A program made the position numbers and the translations under genes. The notes under the pieces are model-generated. The model saw only the letters and a program-made list of their open reading frames with translations. It made no database searches and had not been told where the DNA came from. A stretch of 64,000 nucleotides of DNA from a virus (lineage: Duplodnaviria; Caudoviricetes), in the IMG/VR virus record IMGVR_UViG_3300037461_000547, positions 17,332 to 81,331 of that record; one strand, given 5' to 3'. Positions 24,572-33,917 of the stretch are shown piece after piece (the first letter of the stretch is position 1; each line of letters opens with the position of its first letter).

Positions 24572-24846
24572 TGTTTCCTCATAGTATAATAATCCACGTT
24601 AGTGTCAATAAGTGCTTGATACAATGCGAGCAAACTTATCACTTGGGTTATATTAGGTTTTGTTGTCGATTGTATCTCCGACAGCCACAATTCTTTCGCC
24701 CTCAATAGTAGATAACTCGGATTGACTTTCGCTGTTTCCAAGATGAATTTCAGTGACATCTCCGGATTTCTTGGGTCCACTATCGCACGTTTCAAGATTT
24801 GTTGAATCTGCGTTCTGCTCGGTAATTTGAACTTTTTCGTTGTCAT
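24544..24846 (-). CDS. Hypothetical protein
   Basis: GGAG RBS, 100 aa. Confidence 0.7.
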   Translation of the reverse strand: MTTKKFKLPSRTQIQQILKRAIVDPRNPEMSLKFILETAKVNPSYLLLRAKELWLSEIQSTTKPNITQVISLLALYQALIDTNVDYYTMRKQWTNSNQDK

Positions 24847-25066
24847 TGGATTCTCCTGTTTTGGGTATTAAGATACCTTTTTCATGTAGTATGTTTATTA
24901 TCGCCATCATTTGGGCTTGTTGTGAAACTAATGCTTCCCCCATACTTTTTAATGCGTCGTTTAGACTCCGAATGTGTGCGATACATTTATTCGTCAGTTC
25001 AGCAAGTCTGTCTGAACGTGTTACATGTTTATGTCTTTCTCTGCCCAACTTATTTGGTTTTATCAT
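24653..25066 (-). CDS. Hypothetical protein (3' end overlaps the next gene by about 190 nt)
   Basis: GAAGGTGA RBS. Confidence 0.6.
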   Translation of the reverse strand: MIKPNKLGRERHKHVTRSDRLAELTNKCIAHIRSLNDALKSMGEALVSQQAQMMAIINILHEKGILIPKTGESNDNEKVQITEQNADSTNLETCDSGPKKSGDVTEIHLGNSESQSELSTIEGERIVAVGDTIDNKT

Positions 25067-25421
25067 GTTTCACCTTCACATATTTAGGGAGAGTTTTCCA
25101 TGCTTCTTTCAATCCTTTAATCGCAGCTTTACGTTTTCTCATTTCCAGATTATCGAAATCCATTAAAATATAGTAGTCCCAAAGTTCCGGTGTCGTCATA
25201 TCCATATGCATAACACTGTCATATGCAATGACCGCATTTTTAATATTTTTGAGTGCTGTTAAAATATCTCCAACGTAACTCGCTTTTATGTCCGGTTTTT
25301 GGATACGTTTTAAGATTGCTGTAATCTTTTTCTCTGTCACATCAGCTACTGACAATATTTTTTGTGTTTCCACATTGTTTAAGTACGACTCAATTTCCCT
25401 AACCTTTTCATCTCGTTTCAT
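25050..25421 (-). CDS. Hypothetical protein
   Basis: 123 aa, coupled overlap. Confidence 0.7.
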   Translation of the reverse strand: MKRDEKVREIESYLNNVETQKILSVADVTEKKITAILKRIQKPDIKASYVGDILTALKNIKNAVIAYDSVMHMDMTTPELWDYYILMDFDNLEMRKRKAAIKGLKEAWKTLPKYVKVKHDKTK

Positions 25422-25798
25422 AATTCAGACCTTTCTTTCTTGATAAGTTGTATAAGTTGATTTTTATTTAATTTTGTTGCACCATAAACATTATAGTATC
25501 GGGCAATTTCGCGTAATTCAAATATATTCTTTGCTTCTAAACAGTCGCGTATTAGTGCCCGAACTACAACATACAACATTGATAAATCACCATGTTGAAT
25601 ACACTCCTTTAAGCATATTTTCTGTGTTTCATCAGCAACATTAAACGCATCAATAAAATTTCGCGTATTGACAAAGTAGTCTATGTTCCGCGCTTTTAAC
25701 AAAGCGTCATGTGCTTGTATTTGCAAATCCGTCATTGTTATCGTCATCGTCGTTGTCATCGTCGTTGGTTTCCCATCTTTTAATATCCTTTTCAACAA
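25418..25798 (-). CDS. Protein with C-terminal Rho_N/HeH-like motif
   Basis: ELREIARYYNVYGATKLNKNQLIQLI; true start may be a downstream Met. Confidence 0.6.
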   Translation of the reverse strand: MLKRILKDGKPTTMTTTMTITMTDLQIQAHDALLKARNIDYFVNTRNFIDAFNVADETQKICLKECIQHGDLSMLYVVVRALIRDCLEAKNIFELREIARYYNVYGATKLNKNQLIQLIKKERSEL

Positions 25799-25964
25799 TT
25801 AAACGTTGTAAGTAATAATAACGCTGCAAGAGTCTACCTAACTTTTCCATTGTTAGATACTCTTCATCACTTAACGCTTTTCCTTGCATTTGTTTTTCTA
25901 AAAAGTCGCCATAAAGCCCTTGCGCATTATTCCAAAAATTAAATATTGCATCATATCCGGTCAT
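25707..25964 (-). CDS. Hypothetical protein with acidic tail
   Basis: 85 aa, ATGA overlap with polA. Confidence 0.65.
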   Translation of the reverse strand: MTGYDAIFNFWNNAQGLYGDFLEKQMQGKALSDEEYLTMEKLGRLLQRYYYLQRLIVEKDIKRWETNDDDNDDDDNNDGFANTST

Positions 25965-28201
25965 TTATCTGCCCACGTTGTTAATTTATCCTGCCATTCC
26001 ATTTTTATTAAAGGGATAACAGGCCGGAACAATTCAACAGTTGTGTCTACGATTTGGTGAATCTTTTGTACAAAAATTTGTTTTGTGACTGCCATAATTT
26101 CATCGTGTATATTCAACGGCTTAACACACCAAATCCCAATTCCCGCAGGTTGAACCCCGTCCCAAATATTTCGTTCAACTCTTTTTGTGACTTCTGCGCC
26201 TGTCGATTGTATTTGGTGATTTGAAGCAGCACGCATATTGGCGGCTTGAATTGCGAACGCAGATGCAAATAATGCTGAACGTACAGCACCGCTTGCAGTT
26301 TGTTCTCTATCTCGTCGTATTACTTTGAGTTTAGCTTGTTGCCATTCTTTCGGTGGATTTTCAGCGAGATTAAATAGTGTCCGACAAATGTCATTTTCAA
26401 GTGTAAAGTATCGACGAAATCCTAACATGGATTCAATGTATTCCGCAGGTTCATGCCATTCAACTTTCGTGCCAATACCGCCAGGTTGTCGCATCGAACA
26501 AAACATATCATAAATCCGTTTCCTTGCAATCCCAACACCTGGATAATCTTTAGCAAAATCTTGATACGCTTTTGTGGCAGTCTGTTCATCGATACCTAAT
26601 TTTTGTTGTAAGGTATTTTCGTTGCCGCCATAAATCATTGCGAACACACCACGTTTTCCCTTGTCATACATATCGTTATCAGCGTCACCTTTGCTCGCGA
26701 CAATATCTCCGTATTCTTGACCTGGGAAAAGTTTTTCAGCGAATAGTCCATGTAGTTTTTTGCCTGAAAGAATTTGAGAGCGTAATTTTTCATCATTATA
26801 AAGGGCCTCGGCGATTGTTACTTCAAACGCATCAAAATCCCCACCCGTTAAGATTTCATCATTTTCTGCAAGCGTAAAGCAACTACGGATAAGTGGCGTA
26901 TGGTCAATACCTTGTGGATTAAGACCGTCGCTTCCGGACATTCTTGAGCTGAGAGTCCCGATGACCTTAAATGATGCGTGGAATCGACCAGCTTCCAATA
27001 ATTTATCAAATAGTTCACATTCTTTTTTCGCGCTTCTTGCATCTAATATATCGCTTGCCGCTTTAGCAGCTGGGTGTTTAGTCCCGTCATCATTTTCCCA
27101 TTTTGAAATTTCTTCAAGTAAGACGCCTTTTGTACTACCGTTGAGAACAGTTTTCTCGGTAACGTCCATATGTTGCTCAAGATAAATACGTGCGATATGT
27201 GGCGCTGTGGCAATGGCAGGGGGATATTTTTGTAATGTTTCAAGTTTCTTATTTTTGATTTCGAGAATCTTTTTAGTGTCTATTGCGAACCCGTGCCAAC
27301 GAACAGCACCCACCATACACGCTAACACACTATCATCATCTCCAGATGCAGGACACTGGAAAAATTTATAAAGGTCACGTGTATAGACAACATCGAGTCT
27401 TGCATATTCTCTTGCTGTCTTGTGGTATGCCCAATGGTCGATATGCCATTGTATTACTTCTGGCCACGATCGTTTCCAATATCCTTTTTTACCAACCGCT
27501 TTTGCAAAGGGCGCCCACCCCTTTTCCTCTGGCGGGAACGGCGGTTCAATGTCTACGAATCTTAAAATATAATCTTCTTTGACGCCAAGTGCATCAACGG
27601 CTAACGCTTTCAACGCGCTGGACGGATTAAATTTAAGGACAATATCCTTAAAATCTGTTATGACATTTCCAAGGTCATCCTCTAAATCCATTACCTTCCA
27701 TTTCTCACCCTGCGTTTTACGGCGCGCAAAATAGATTTCATTGAATCGTATATTCTTTTCCAAATACTCAGCAACTTTCCAAACAAGTATTGTGGGTACA
27801 CGTTTAATACGAATCTCATGTCTGTCCATTGTTGACTGATATTGGCCTTTGCGCGCATGTAGCATAAGGTCGCAAGCTGTTGTAGGTTTGAGACAAACGT
27901 CTTGAAAACGTGCTCGTTCTTCGAGTTCAGCAATTTCGTCAATATGGTCAACAGGATAAGCAAAGGGGTCAGGATACAAACAAAGAACAGTGTACAACTT
28001 ACATAAATGAAACCAATCAAAAGCGAGATTAAAACCAACAATACCAGTTTCATGATTTACAAAATCCTCAATAAGTTTAAGTGTTTCAATTATTGGCGTG
28101 TTCCAAACATCGTGGAGAATTATTTCTCCATCGTCGATGGCGTATTGTATTAGGACAACCATCCCGTGTAAGCCACAAGTTTCAGTATCAAAGAATATCA
28201 T
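25961..28201 (-). CDS. polA: Family A DNA polymerase with 3'-5' exonuclease
   Basis: FDTET, FNLAFD; motif A DFDAFE, motif B KRGVFAMIYGG, motif C IHDE. Confidence 0.93.
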   Translation of the reverse strand: MIFFDTETCGLHGMVVLIQYAIDDGEIILHDVWNTPIIETLKLIEDFVNHETGIVGFNLAFDWFHLCKLYTVLCLYPDPFAYPVDHIDEIAELEERARFQDVCLKPTTACDLMLHARKGQYQSTMDRHEIRIKRVPTILVWKVAEYLEKNIRFNEIYFARRKTQGEKWKVMDLEDDLGNVITDFKDIVLKFNPSSALKALAVDALGVKEDYILRFVDIEPPFPPEEKGWAPFAKAVGKKGYWKRSWPEVIQWHIDHWAYHKTAREYARLDVVYTRDLYKFFQCPASGDDDSVLACMVGAVRWHGFAIDTKKILEIKNKKLETLQKYPPAIATAPHIARIYLEQHMDVTEKTVLNGSTKGVLLEEISKWENDDGTKHPAAKAASDILDARSAKKECELFDKLLEAGRFHASFKVIGTLSSRMSGSDGLNPQGIDHTPLIRSCFTLAENDEILTGGDFDAFEVTIAEALYNDEKLRSQILSGKKLHGLFAEKLFPGQEYGDIVASKGDADNDMYDKGKRGVFAMIYGGNENTLQQKLGIDEQTATKAYQDFAKDYPGVGIARKRIYDMFCSMRQPGGIGTKVEWHEPAEYIESMLGFRRYFTLENDICRTLFNLAENPPKEWQQAKLKVIRRDREQTASGAVRSALFASAFAIQAANMRAASNHQIQSTGAEVTKRVERNIWDGVQPAGIGIWCVKPLNIHDEIMAVTKQIFVQKIHQIVDTTVELFRPVIPLIKMEWQDKLTTWADK

Positions 28202-28737
28202 ATTTTCCACTCGCAAATAAGGCGTCTTGTTGTTGTTACTTTTATGGGACAAAGTACGGTTTGTGTTGGCAAAACTGGAAACCATTCATTGATGTGTGTT
28301 TCATTTAACCCGTCATGAATCCTATCGCCAACGTCCCACATATAAGGAATTGATACAATTAAATATTTTTGTGTGTGTTGATAAAGTTTTTCAGCAAACT
28401 TTTTCTTATCTTCGATGTGTTCAATCACTTGAAGACAGAGTACCACATCACAAGGTTGTATATGAGCCGTCAGGAAATCTTCTTGAATGTATGTTAGATT
28501 TTTAACATCACCACCGAAAAACAGTAAGTTACAAGGGTCGACGAGAATTCGTGTTTTATATTTAGGCAACTGGAATAACACACCTACAGGTCCACCGCCC
28601 ACGTCCATGACCGATGTACAGTTTTCGTATCCGTTGACTTTAGCAATAACAGTCGTGATGTATTCTTTTTTAATACGTTTTTTATAATACGCAATTTGTC
28701 CCTCATGTGTGTTTGCCATGTCCCTGAAATTAATCAT
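28198..28737 (-). CDS. Class I SAM-dependent methyltransferase
   Basis: VMDVGGG...LCLQVIEHI. Confidence 0.8.
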   Translation of the reverse strand: MINFRDMANTHEGQIAYYKKRIKKEYITTVIAKVNGYENCTSVMDVGGGPVGVLFQLPKYKTRILVDPCNLLFFGGDVKNLTYIQEDFLTAHIQPCDVVLCLQVIEHIEDKKKFAEKLYQHTQKYLIVSIPYMWDVGDRIHDGLNETHINEWFPVLPTQTVLCPIKVTTTRRLICEWKI

Positions 28738-29077
28738 CTTGGGACATTTCCGTCACGTTACGGTAATCTGCCCCGAAACAAAAGAATAATTCTACAGGAG
28801 TTATCTTATCTTCGTACGAAATACATTCAAAATAAATTCCGTACTTGGGCGGATCACTGTATTGTTCGATAGTTTCAAATAGTGTAGAGTACCCATAATA
28901 CAGGAAAGCATCCTCATGAAAAAGAAAATCACATTTTGTAACTAACACATGGGATAATAAATCTGTTACAAGATGTGGGTAATTTAATACTGTTTTTTTA
29001 TCTATCTGAAATTTTCCGAGCCGACGTTCCTCAATTATTTTACAGGGATTGGCTTGGGATTGTATAGTCTTTTCCAT
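28730..29077 (-). CDS. Hypothetical protein
   Basis: 115 aa. Confidence 0.7.
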   Translation of the reverse strand: MEKTIQSQANPCKIIEERRLGKFQIDKKTVLNYPHLVTDLLSHVLVTKCDFLFHEDAFLYYGYSTLFETIEQYSDPPKYGIYFECISYEDKITPVELFFCFGADYRNVTEMSQDD

Positions 29078-29873
29078 TTTTCATTGCCTCATTTTTAATG
29101 TCTTGAAAAATATCTAAATCACTAATTTCACCTGCACACCATGAAACACATCTGGCACCAAAACTATTCCCGAGATGTTCCAAGATGTGGTCAATCAAAG
29201 CAAACATTTCTTGTCGTTTACGCAACCGTTTTGATTGTGCCGGTGGCATTTTTCGCGGGATATGTTTGCCAATACCACTATGTTTAATTTTGTTGTCTTT
29301 GATTATTTTGACATGCTCATAGAGTTGTTCGTCAGTCGCACCATTATTTTTTAATGTGTACAAATCACGTATTTGTGTTTGAGATAAAAGACCGGCTGCT
29401 GCTTCCTTTTGAACTTCCACAGGTAATTTAAGTAGCATTACACGGACTTGTACCCATCCTCTTGAAGCACTTGGAAGTTCATCTGCAATTTGGTATTCGT
29501 TTAATCCAAGTTTGAAAAGTGGGAGGATGGATTTTGCTTCTTCAAGTATTGTGAGGTTATGTCTTGAAAGATTTTCTGTTAGATTTAAAATTCTGGCTGC
29601 TTTTTCATCAAGATCAGCTCTAACAATACAATCAATGGTTTCCGCTTTATTTACGCGATGTGCAAAAAGCCGTCTAAAGCCAGCCACAACTTTGTACTTG
29701 TAATCTTCGATAGGCTCTTTTATCGTAGTTACTACGATAGGTTGAATCAGACCGTCTTTAGCAATACTCTTTGCAAGGTCAACAACTTCAACGGGATTTA
29801 TAGAATCCCTACAGTTAAATTCTTCGTCTACATAAATTTCATTCAGTGGGATTTTTTGAATCTGTTCTGACAT
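29040..29873 (-). CDS. ParB-like protein
   Basis: LAKSIAKDGLIQPIVV...VVAGFRRLFA...ENLSRHNL plus HTH. Confidence 0.88.
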   Translation of the reverse strand: MSEQIQKIPLNEIYVDEEFNCRDSINPVEVVDLAKSIAKDGLIQPIVVTTIKEPIEDYKYKVVAGFRRLFAHRVNKAETIDCIVRADLDEKAARILNLTENLSRHNLTILEEAKSILPLFKLGLNEYQIADELPSASRGWVQVRVMLLKLPVEVQKEAAAGLLSQTQIRDLYTLKNNGATDEQLYEHVKIIKDNKIKHSGIGKHIPRKMPPAQSKRLRKRQEMFALIDHILEHLGNSFGARCVSWCAGEISDLDIFQDIKNEAMKNGKDYTIPSQSL

Positions 29874-30528
29874 TTTTGATTTCCTTAAAGCAATAGGTTG
29901 CATATTTTATTTGGTATAAACAATCACTCAATGCGTCGTGTTTATTTTCTTGCGGGTGTTTTTCTTTTAATTTTTTATAGTCGCCACCCCACAACCAAGT
30001 TAAGGTTCTGAGATCACACATGTCGTGGTAGTTAAAAGGTGTACCTTGTCCGAGTATACGGTATGCGTTTGTAATAATAGGAATATCAAACGTTGAATGT
30101 GACCACACATGTTTCGCGTTAAACGAAAAGACTCTGAACGCATTTAAGGCCTCCGACAATGTTTTAGCATCTTTAATCCATGTTCTCGCGGATTCAGGTT
30201 GCTCGAACCACCACTTTATTGTGGAACCATCAATAATTAATCCATGATTCAAACAATCTTGAATCTGTATATTGACACTGAACTTACCACCTATGTCACC
30301 GTCCATATTAAAATAAGCCGCGCCGATTTGTGTAATCACAGATTGTGGTCCTCGACCAAGCGTTTCAAGATCAAGCATTAAATGTGGTGTTGGATTTATA
30401 ATTTTGGGTGTTTCACCTATACATTCTGGATCACCATGTTCCTGTATATAAGCATCAGTATAGGTTGCACCGCAAACACCGCACTCCCACTGTCGGTTTG
30501 CGCGATTTTGATATAGTGAACATTTCAT
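29839..30528 (-). CDS. DEDDh 3'-5' exo(ribo)nuclease (Rv2179c-like) with N-terminal Zn ribbon
   Basis: LMLDLETLG...FDIPII...HDALSD. Confidence 0.85.
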   Translation of the reverse strand: MKCSLYQNRANRQWECGVCGATYTDAYIQEHGDPECIGETPKIINPTPHLMLDLETLGRGPQSVITQIGAAYFNMDGDIGGKFSVNIQIQDCLNHGLIIDGSTIKWWFEQPESARTWIKDAKTLSEALNAFRVFSFNAKHVWSHSTFDIPIITNAYRILGQGTPFNYHDMCDLRTLTWLWGGDYKKLKEKHPQENKHDALSDCLYQIKYATYCFKEIKNVRTDSKNPTE

Positions 30529-30782
30529 CGTATTGCCTCATAAGTTTTCTCGAAAACATCTTTATTAAAAATTCCAATACCGTAGTTAGGATGTCGAGTT
30601 ACATAATCCCCTGGATATAGTATATTTCCTTCGCACAAGCGAATACAACCGTCAGGAGATACAGCAACTTTTTCAGGGTGCAAGATTTCTTGAATCTGTA
30701 TAATACTTATCGGTTCACCGGTGAATTGCACCGCTTCAAAAATTATGTCTTCTTTACGCTTATACTGTACGAACTTGCTCAT
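30525..30782 (-). CDS. Hypothetical phage protein
   Basis: YKRK...EAVQFTG...FEKTYE, a common phage hypothetical. Confidence 0.75.
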   Translation of the reverse strand: MSKFVQYKRKEDIIFEAVQFTGEPISIIQIQEILHPEKVAVSPDGCIRLCEGNILYPGDYVTRHPNYGIGIFNKDVFEKTYEAIR

Positions 30783-32628
30783 GGTCAATTCCTTTGAATA
30801 GACTTCGAATGTCATCTATACTTTGTTTTTGTAAATCACGTTTCTTTTTCAAGTTATTTAATACATATTCATCAGTCGGCAGGTGAAGAATATCGATTAT
30901 AGTTGCACCACGATTGGTGTCCATCCCTACTCTATGGATACGGTCCTCTGACTGTATTCTGGATTCAGCATTAAAATCATTGCTGAAATAAATAATGGAC
31001 GGTGAGGCCGTAAGCGTTAGACCCATGCCACCGGACCCTGGCTGACCAATAAATGCGAGCCTTGGGAATTGTTTTTCTAACAATTCTTTATCTGGATGCG
31101 ACGCATCCATAGCTTGTAGTAGTTTTTTGTCATCTGGGAAGGGGTGGCCATCGCAGTCCACACACTCGATTCCTCTACCGTCCATTTTTATATACGCCCA
31201 ATGGAAGCGTCTACAAATCTTCATTATACGTTCAATTGATCCTTGAAATCCCGCATAAATAACGGCACGTCCGACCTCACTGTGTTCGTCAAGAAGATCG
31301 ATTAAAGCACGTTCTTTAGGACTATCAACTTCAGCAATTGTACGTTCTTTTTTCACTTGTTCACCTGTGCCTTTACAATTAGGGCAAGTTTCGGTTTGTT
31401 CATTTATCGTGTATGTTCTTTTTCCATGACAAAGTTCACAAACTTCTTTACCGACTACAGTTTCCTGATACTGAAAGCCGTCGGACAATTCCCGTAAAAG
31501 TATAAGACACTGTGCAGCTCGCGGCGTTTTTGTTGCAATAAGACTTGCCGCACGTAAAATACTCGGTGTTGGGTCGACACGAACGATTCGATAAATCTTA
31601 TCAGGTAAGTCCAAACAATCTTTCTTAAAGATTACTTGAACCAAACCCCGCATCCGTTTTCCCAATCGAGCAACTTCATCCACAGACGGTTCAAAAGTAT
31701 GTCCATCTGAAGATAAATGAATCTCACTCATTAACTCTTGACCACAAATATTACACAATTTAGGGTTATTGCGCCATGTAACAAGATGTGGATAAACACC
31801 ACCTGTTATGGATTCGCGTTCCTCAATAATAGCAAGAGTCTTTTTGAATAAAAATTGGTCACCTTCTTTAAGAAATCCTGGGCAAGCGACCTCAGCTTGA
31901 TGCCACCAATCAACGGGGCTTTTAGGCGCTGGCGACCCTGACAACAGAACAATGTACCCTGAATCTTCCCACGCACCGCGTATTGCGTTTGCTAAATGTA
32001 AAGCGGCTTCCGAGCGTTGGGCGGTAGGATTTTTAATTCTCGAAGATTCATCAAAAACTACACCGTGTGGTGGCGGTGTACCATTTTGCCAAGCACTTAG
32101 GACAGATTTAAGACCTTCGTAAGTCAACAGGCGGGGACGAACCGAAGCCTGCCATTTAATCAATTCCAATTCAACTGATTTCAAAGCAGACTTCGGCCCA
32201 ATCCACCACCAATCAGTGTGGCCAGATTGTTCCATAACCTCAATACCAGCCAATGTTTTTCCAGTTCCCATCTCTGCGGCCTCGATACAGTGTTTAACAG
32301 TCAAAATGTGGCTGACCATTAAACGCTGGTGTTCATATAAAGACCGTTTCGGTGTAACTTCAATCAAAGGTTGGTCATAGCGGGCGTAAGGATTTTTTCC
32401 CTCAAGATAACTTATTTGGAATCGGTTACGCGGGGAGTTGGTAACTGACCATATTTTTTGAGGATTGGCTTCATCGAAACCGTGCCAACGGCATCCTTGC
32501 ATATTTTTTATTTCGTCTTTTAATATCTTGTTATATTTGAATTTGAAAAATATTCTATCGTCCGCTATCAATAACGTGACAGGAATCATGAATTTACCTG
32601 CCCGCAATTTTGTGTTATGTTCAATCAT
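30760..32628 (-). CDS. SNF2-like SF2 helicase with inserted DnaJ-type zinc finger
   Basis: EMGTGKT, FDES, LSGSP, GMGLTLT and QSEDRIHRVG; CELCHG...CPNCKGTG insert. Confidence 0.9.
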   Translation of the reverse strand: MIEHNTKLRAGKFMIPVTLLIADDRIFFKFKYNKILKDEIKNMQGCRWHGFDEANPQKIWSVTNSPRNRFQISYLEGKNPYARYDQPLIEVTPKRSLYEHQRLMVSHILTVKHCIEAAEMGTGKTLAGIEVMEQSGHTDWWWIGPKSALKSVELELIKWQASVRPRLLTYEGLKSVLSAWQNGTPPPHGVVFDESSRIKNPTAQRSEAALHLANAIRGAWEDSGYIVLLSGSPAPKSPVDWWHQAEVACPGFLKEGDQFLFKKTLAIIEERESITGGVYPHLVTWRNNPKLCNICGQELMSEIHLSSDGHTFEPSVDEVARLGKRMRGLVQVIFKKDCLDLPDKIYRIVRVDPTPSILRAASLIATKTPRAAQCLILLRELSDGFQYQETVVGKEVCELCHGKRTYTINEQTETCPNCKGTGEQVKKERTIAEVDSPKERALIDLLDEHSEVGRAVIYAGFQGSIERIMKICRRFHWAYIKMDGRGIECVDCDGHPFPDDKKLLQAMDASHPDKELLEKQFPRLAFIGQPGSGGMGLTLTASPSIIYFSNDFNAESRIQSEDRIHRVGMDTNRGATIIDILHLPTDEYVLNNLKKKRDLQKQSIDDIRSLFKGIDHEQVRTV

Positions 32629-32638
32629 GGTTTCGCCT

Positions 32639-33142
32639 TTATATATCTATAATCAAAGTTCCGTCACTGTGTTTTCGTCGTGTTGCTTTAGGCCAAAGAT
32701 TCAAACGTAAGTTGATAAAATGTAAAAAACATTTGTTGAGGGTCAAGCGTACATCATTGGGCACTGATGCTGCGCATCCGATATAGATGGCTTGTTGCCA
32801 TTCCATTAAATTGCCTGTGAAGATTGCTAAGTTCCATGTCCTATCAATCTCAACTGTGCAAGTATGTATAGGTGTTTTTTCCATTACAAACACAACGGTC
32901 TCAAACAAACATCTTACAATAAAGGAAACATGGATATGTCCCCAAACGTGATTGTAGTAATCAGCGTCTTTGACACCGGTTAGGGCTTGTAGTGTCAAAA
33001 GCAAAGCATTGGGGTCATCCAATTGAACGCCGTTTGAATCTAATACCCGTGTTGGACTGTTGCCAAGACTCTCTTGAACAAGGTCAATGTACTCTTGCCA
33101 ATTAGGGATTGGCAACATCAAAATCTTGACAACATTTTCCAT
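32639..33142 (-). CDS. Hypothetical protein
   Basis: 167 aa. Confidence 0.75.
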   Translation of the reverse strand: MENVVKILMLPIPNWQEYIDLVQESLGNSPTRVLDSNGVQLDDPNALLLTLQALTGVKDADYYNHVWGHIHVSFIVRCLFETVVFVMEKTPIHTCTVEIDRTWNLAIFTGNLMEWQQAIYIGCAASVPNDVRLTLNKCFLHFINLRLNLWPKATRRKHSDGTLIIDI

Positions 33143-33145
33143 CTA

Positions 33146-33826
33146 TTATCTCTCTCTATCAGATGGGGCGGCTTCAGCAATCTCGACACCAGAATCCTTA
33201 GGAGGATTCTTAAATTTTTCCAATGCCTTTAGGAACTTTTCGGGCGTAGGATTGTGGAAAGGCGTTGAACATTGTGTGACAATGGGTGCATGCCATTTGT
33301 ACCGTTTAGTTTCAACTAAAGTAGATTTCAATGTGGCTGGCCCTGGTGCATTATTTTCTTCATCGATGAAACTACGTACTTTTTTGGCTTCACGTTGTGC
33401 AGATTTACTCGCCATATAAAACGTCGCAAACGTTTCGATTTGCGGAATCCAAAGTAAAAATTCCACACCACACATACAGCCAGAGTCCTTAACACCGGAC
33501 TGCGCACGAATACGACTGAAATTGGGGTCAGAGGGATTATAGACGCTAATCACAGTTTCATCAGCTACTTGCATAGCTTTGAGACGCCATGAACAAACAA
33601 GCACGTCAATCTCTTTACCTAAAACTTGAAAATCATCTTTAGTGGCAATGAAAACATACTCTCCAACATTAGCATCACCACTTTGTACCAACCCTGAATT
33701 TCCAGTCATGAGTTGAACGCGCGGGAAAAAATCACCCGCTGTAATAACTGAATCAAACGCGTCAATTTGGTCTTGATTTACAAGTGTACCTGATTCTGTG
33801 TTCAAAGCAAGAGCATTTTCTTCCAT
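33146..33826 (-). CDS. Putative ssDNA-binding protein
   Basis: Context among replication genes; beta-rich core with charged C-terminus; function inferred only. Confidence 0.45.
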   Translation of the reverse strand: MEENALALNTESGTLVNQDQIDAFDSVITAGDFFPRVQLMTGNSGLVQSGDANVGEYVFIATKDDFQVLGKEIDVLVCSWRLKAMQVADETVISVYNPSDPNFSRIRAQSGVKDSGCMCGVEFLLWIPQIETFATFYMASKSAQREAKKVRSFIDEENNAPGPATLKSTLVETKRYKWHAPIVTQCSTPFHNPTPEKFLKALEKFKNPPKDSGVEIAEAAPSDRER

Positions 33827-33845
33827 ATGTTTTTCCTTTGTTTGT

Positions 33846-33884
33846 AAAAAGCGAGTGCTCTGATAACTAACACAGAGCACTCGC
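33846..33884 (-). terminator. Intrinsic terminator after the ParB-like gene
   Basis: 12-bp stem GCGAGTGCTCTG/CAGAGCACTCGC followed by T5 on the minus strand. Confidence 0.8.
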
Positions 33885-33917
33885 AATATTAAATGAAAAT
33901 GATTTATCGAATCTGTT

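Noticed and set aside
24653-24846. Frameshift explaining the 190-nt gene overlap
   Set aside because: One extra A would give an ATGA overlap, but there is no protein-motif evidence for it and moderate overlaps are common in this genome.
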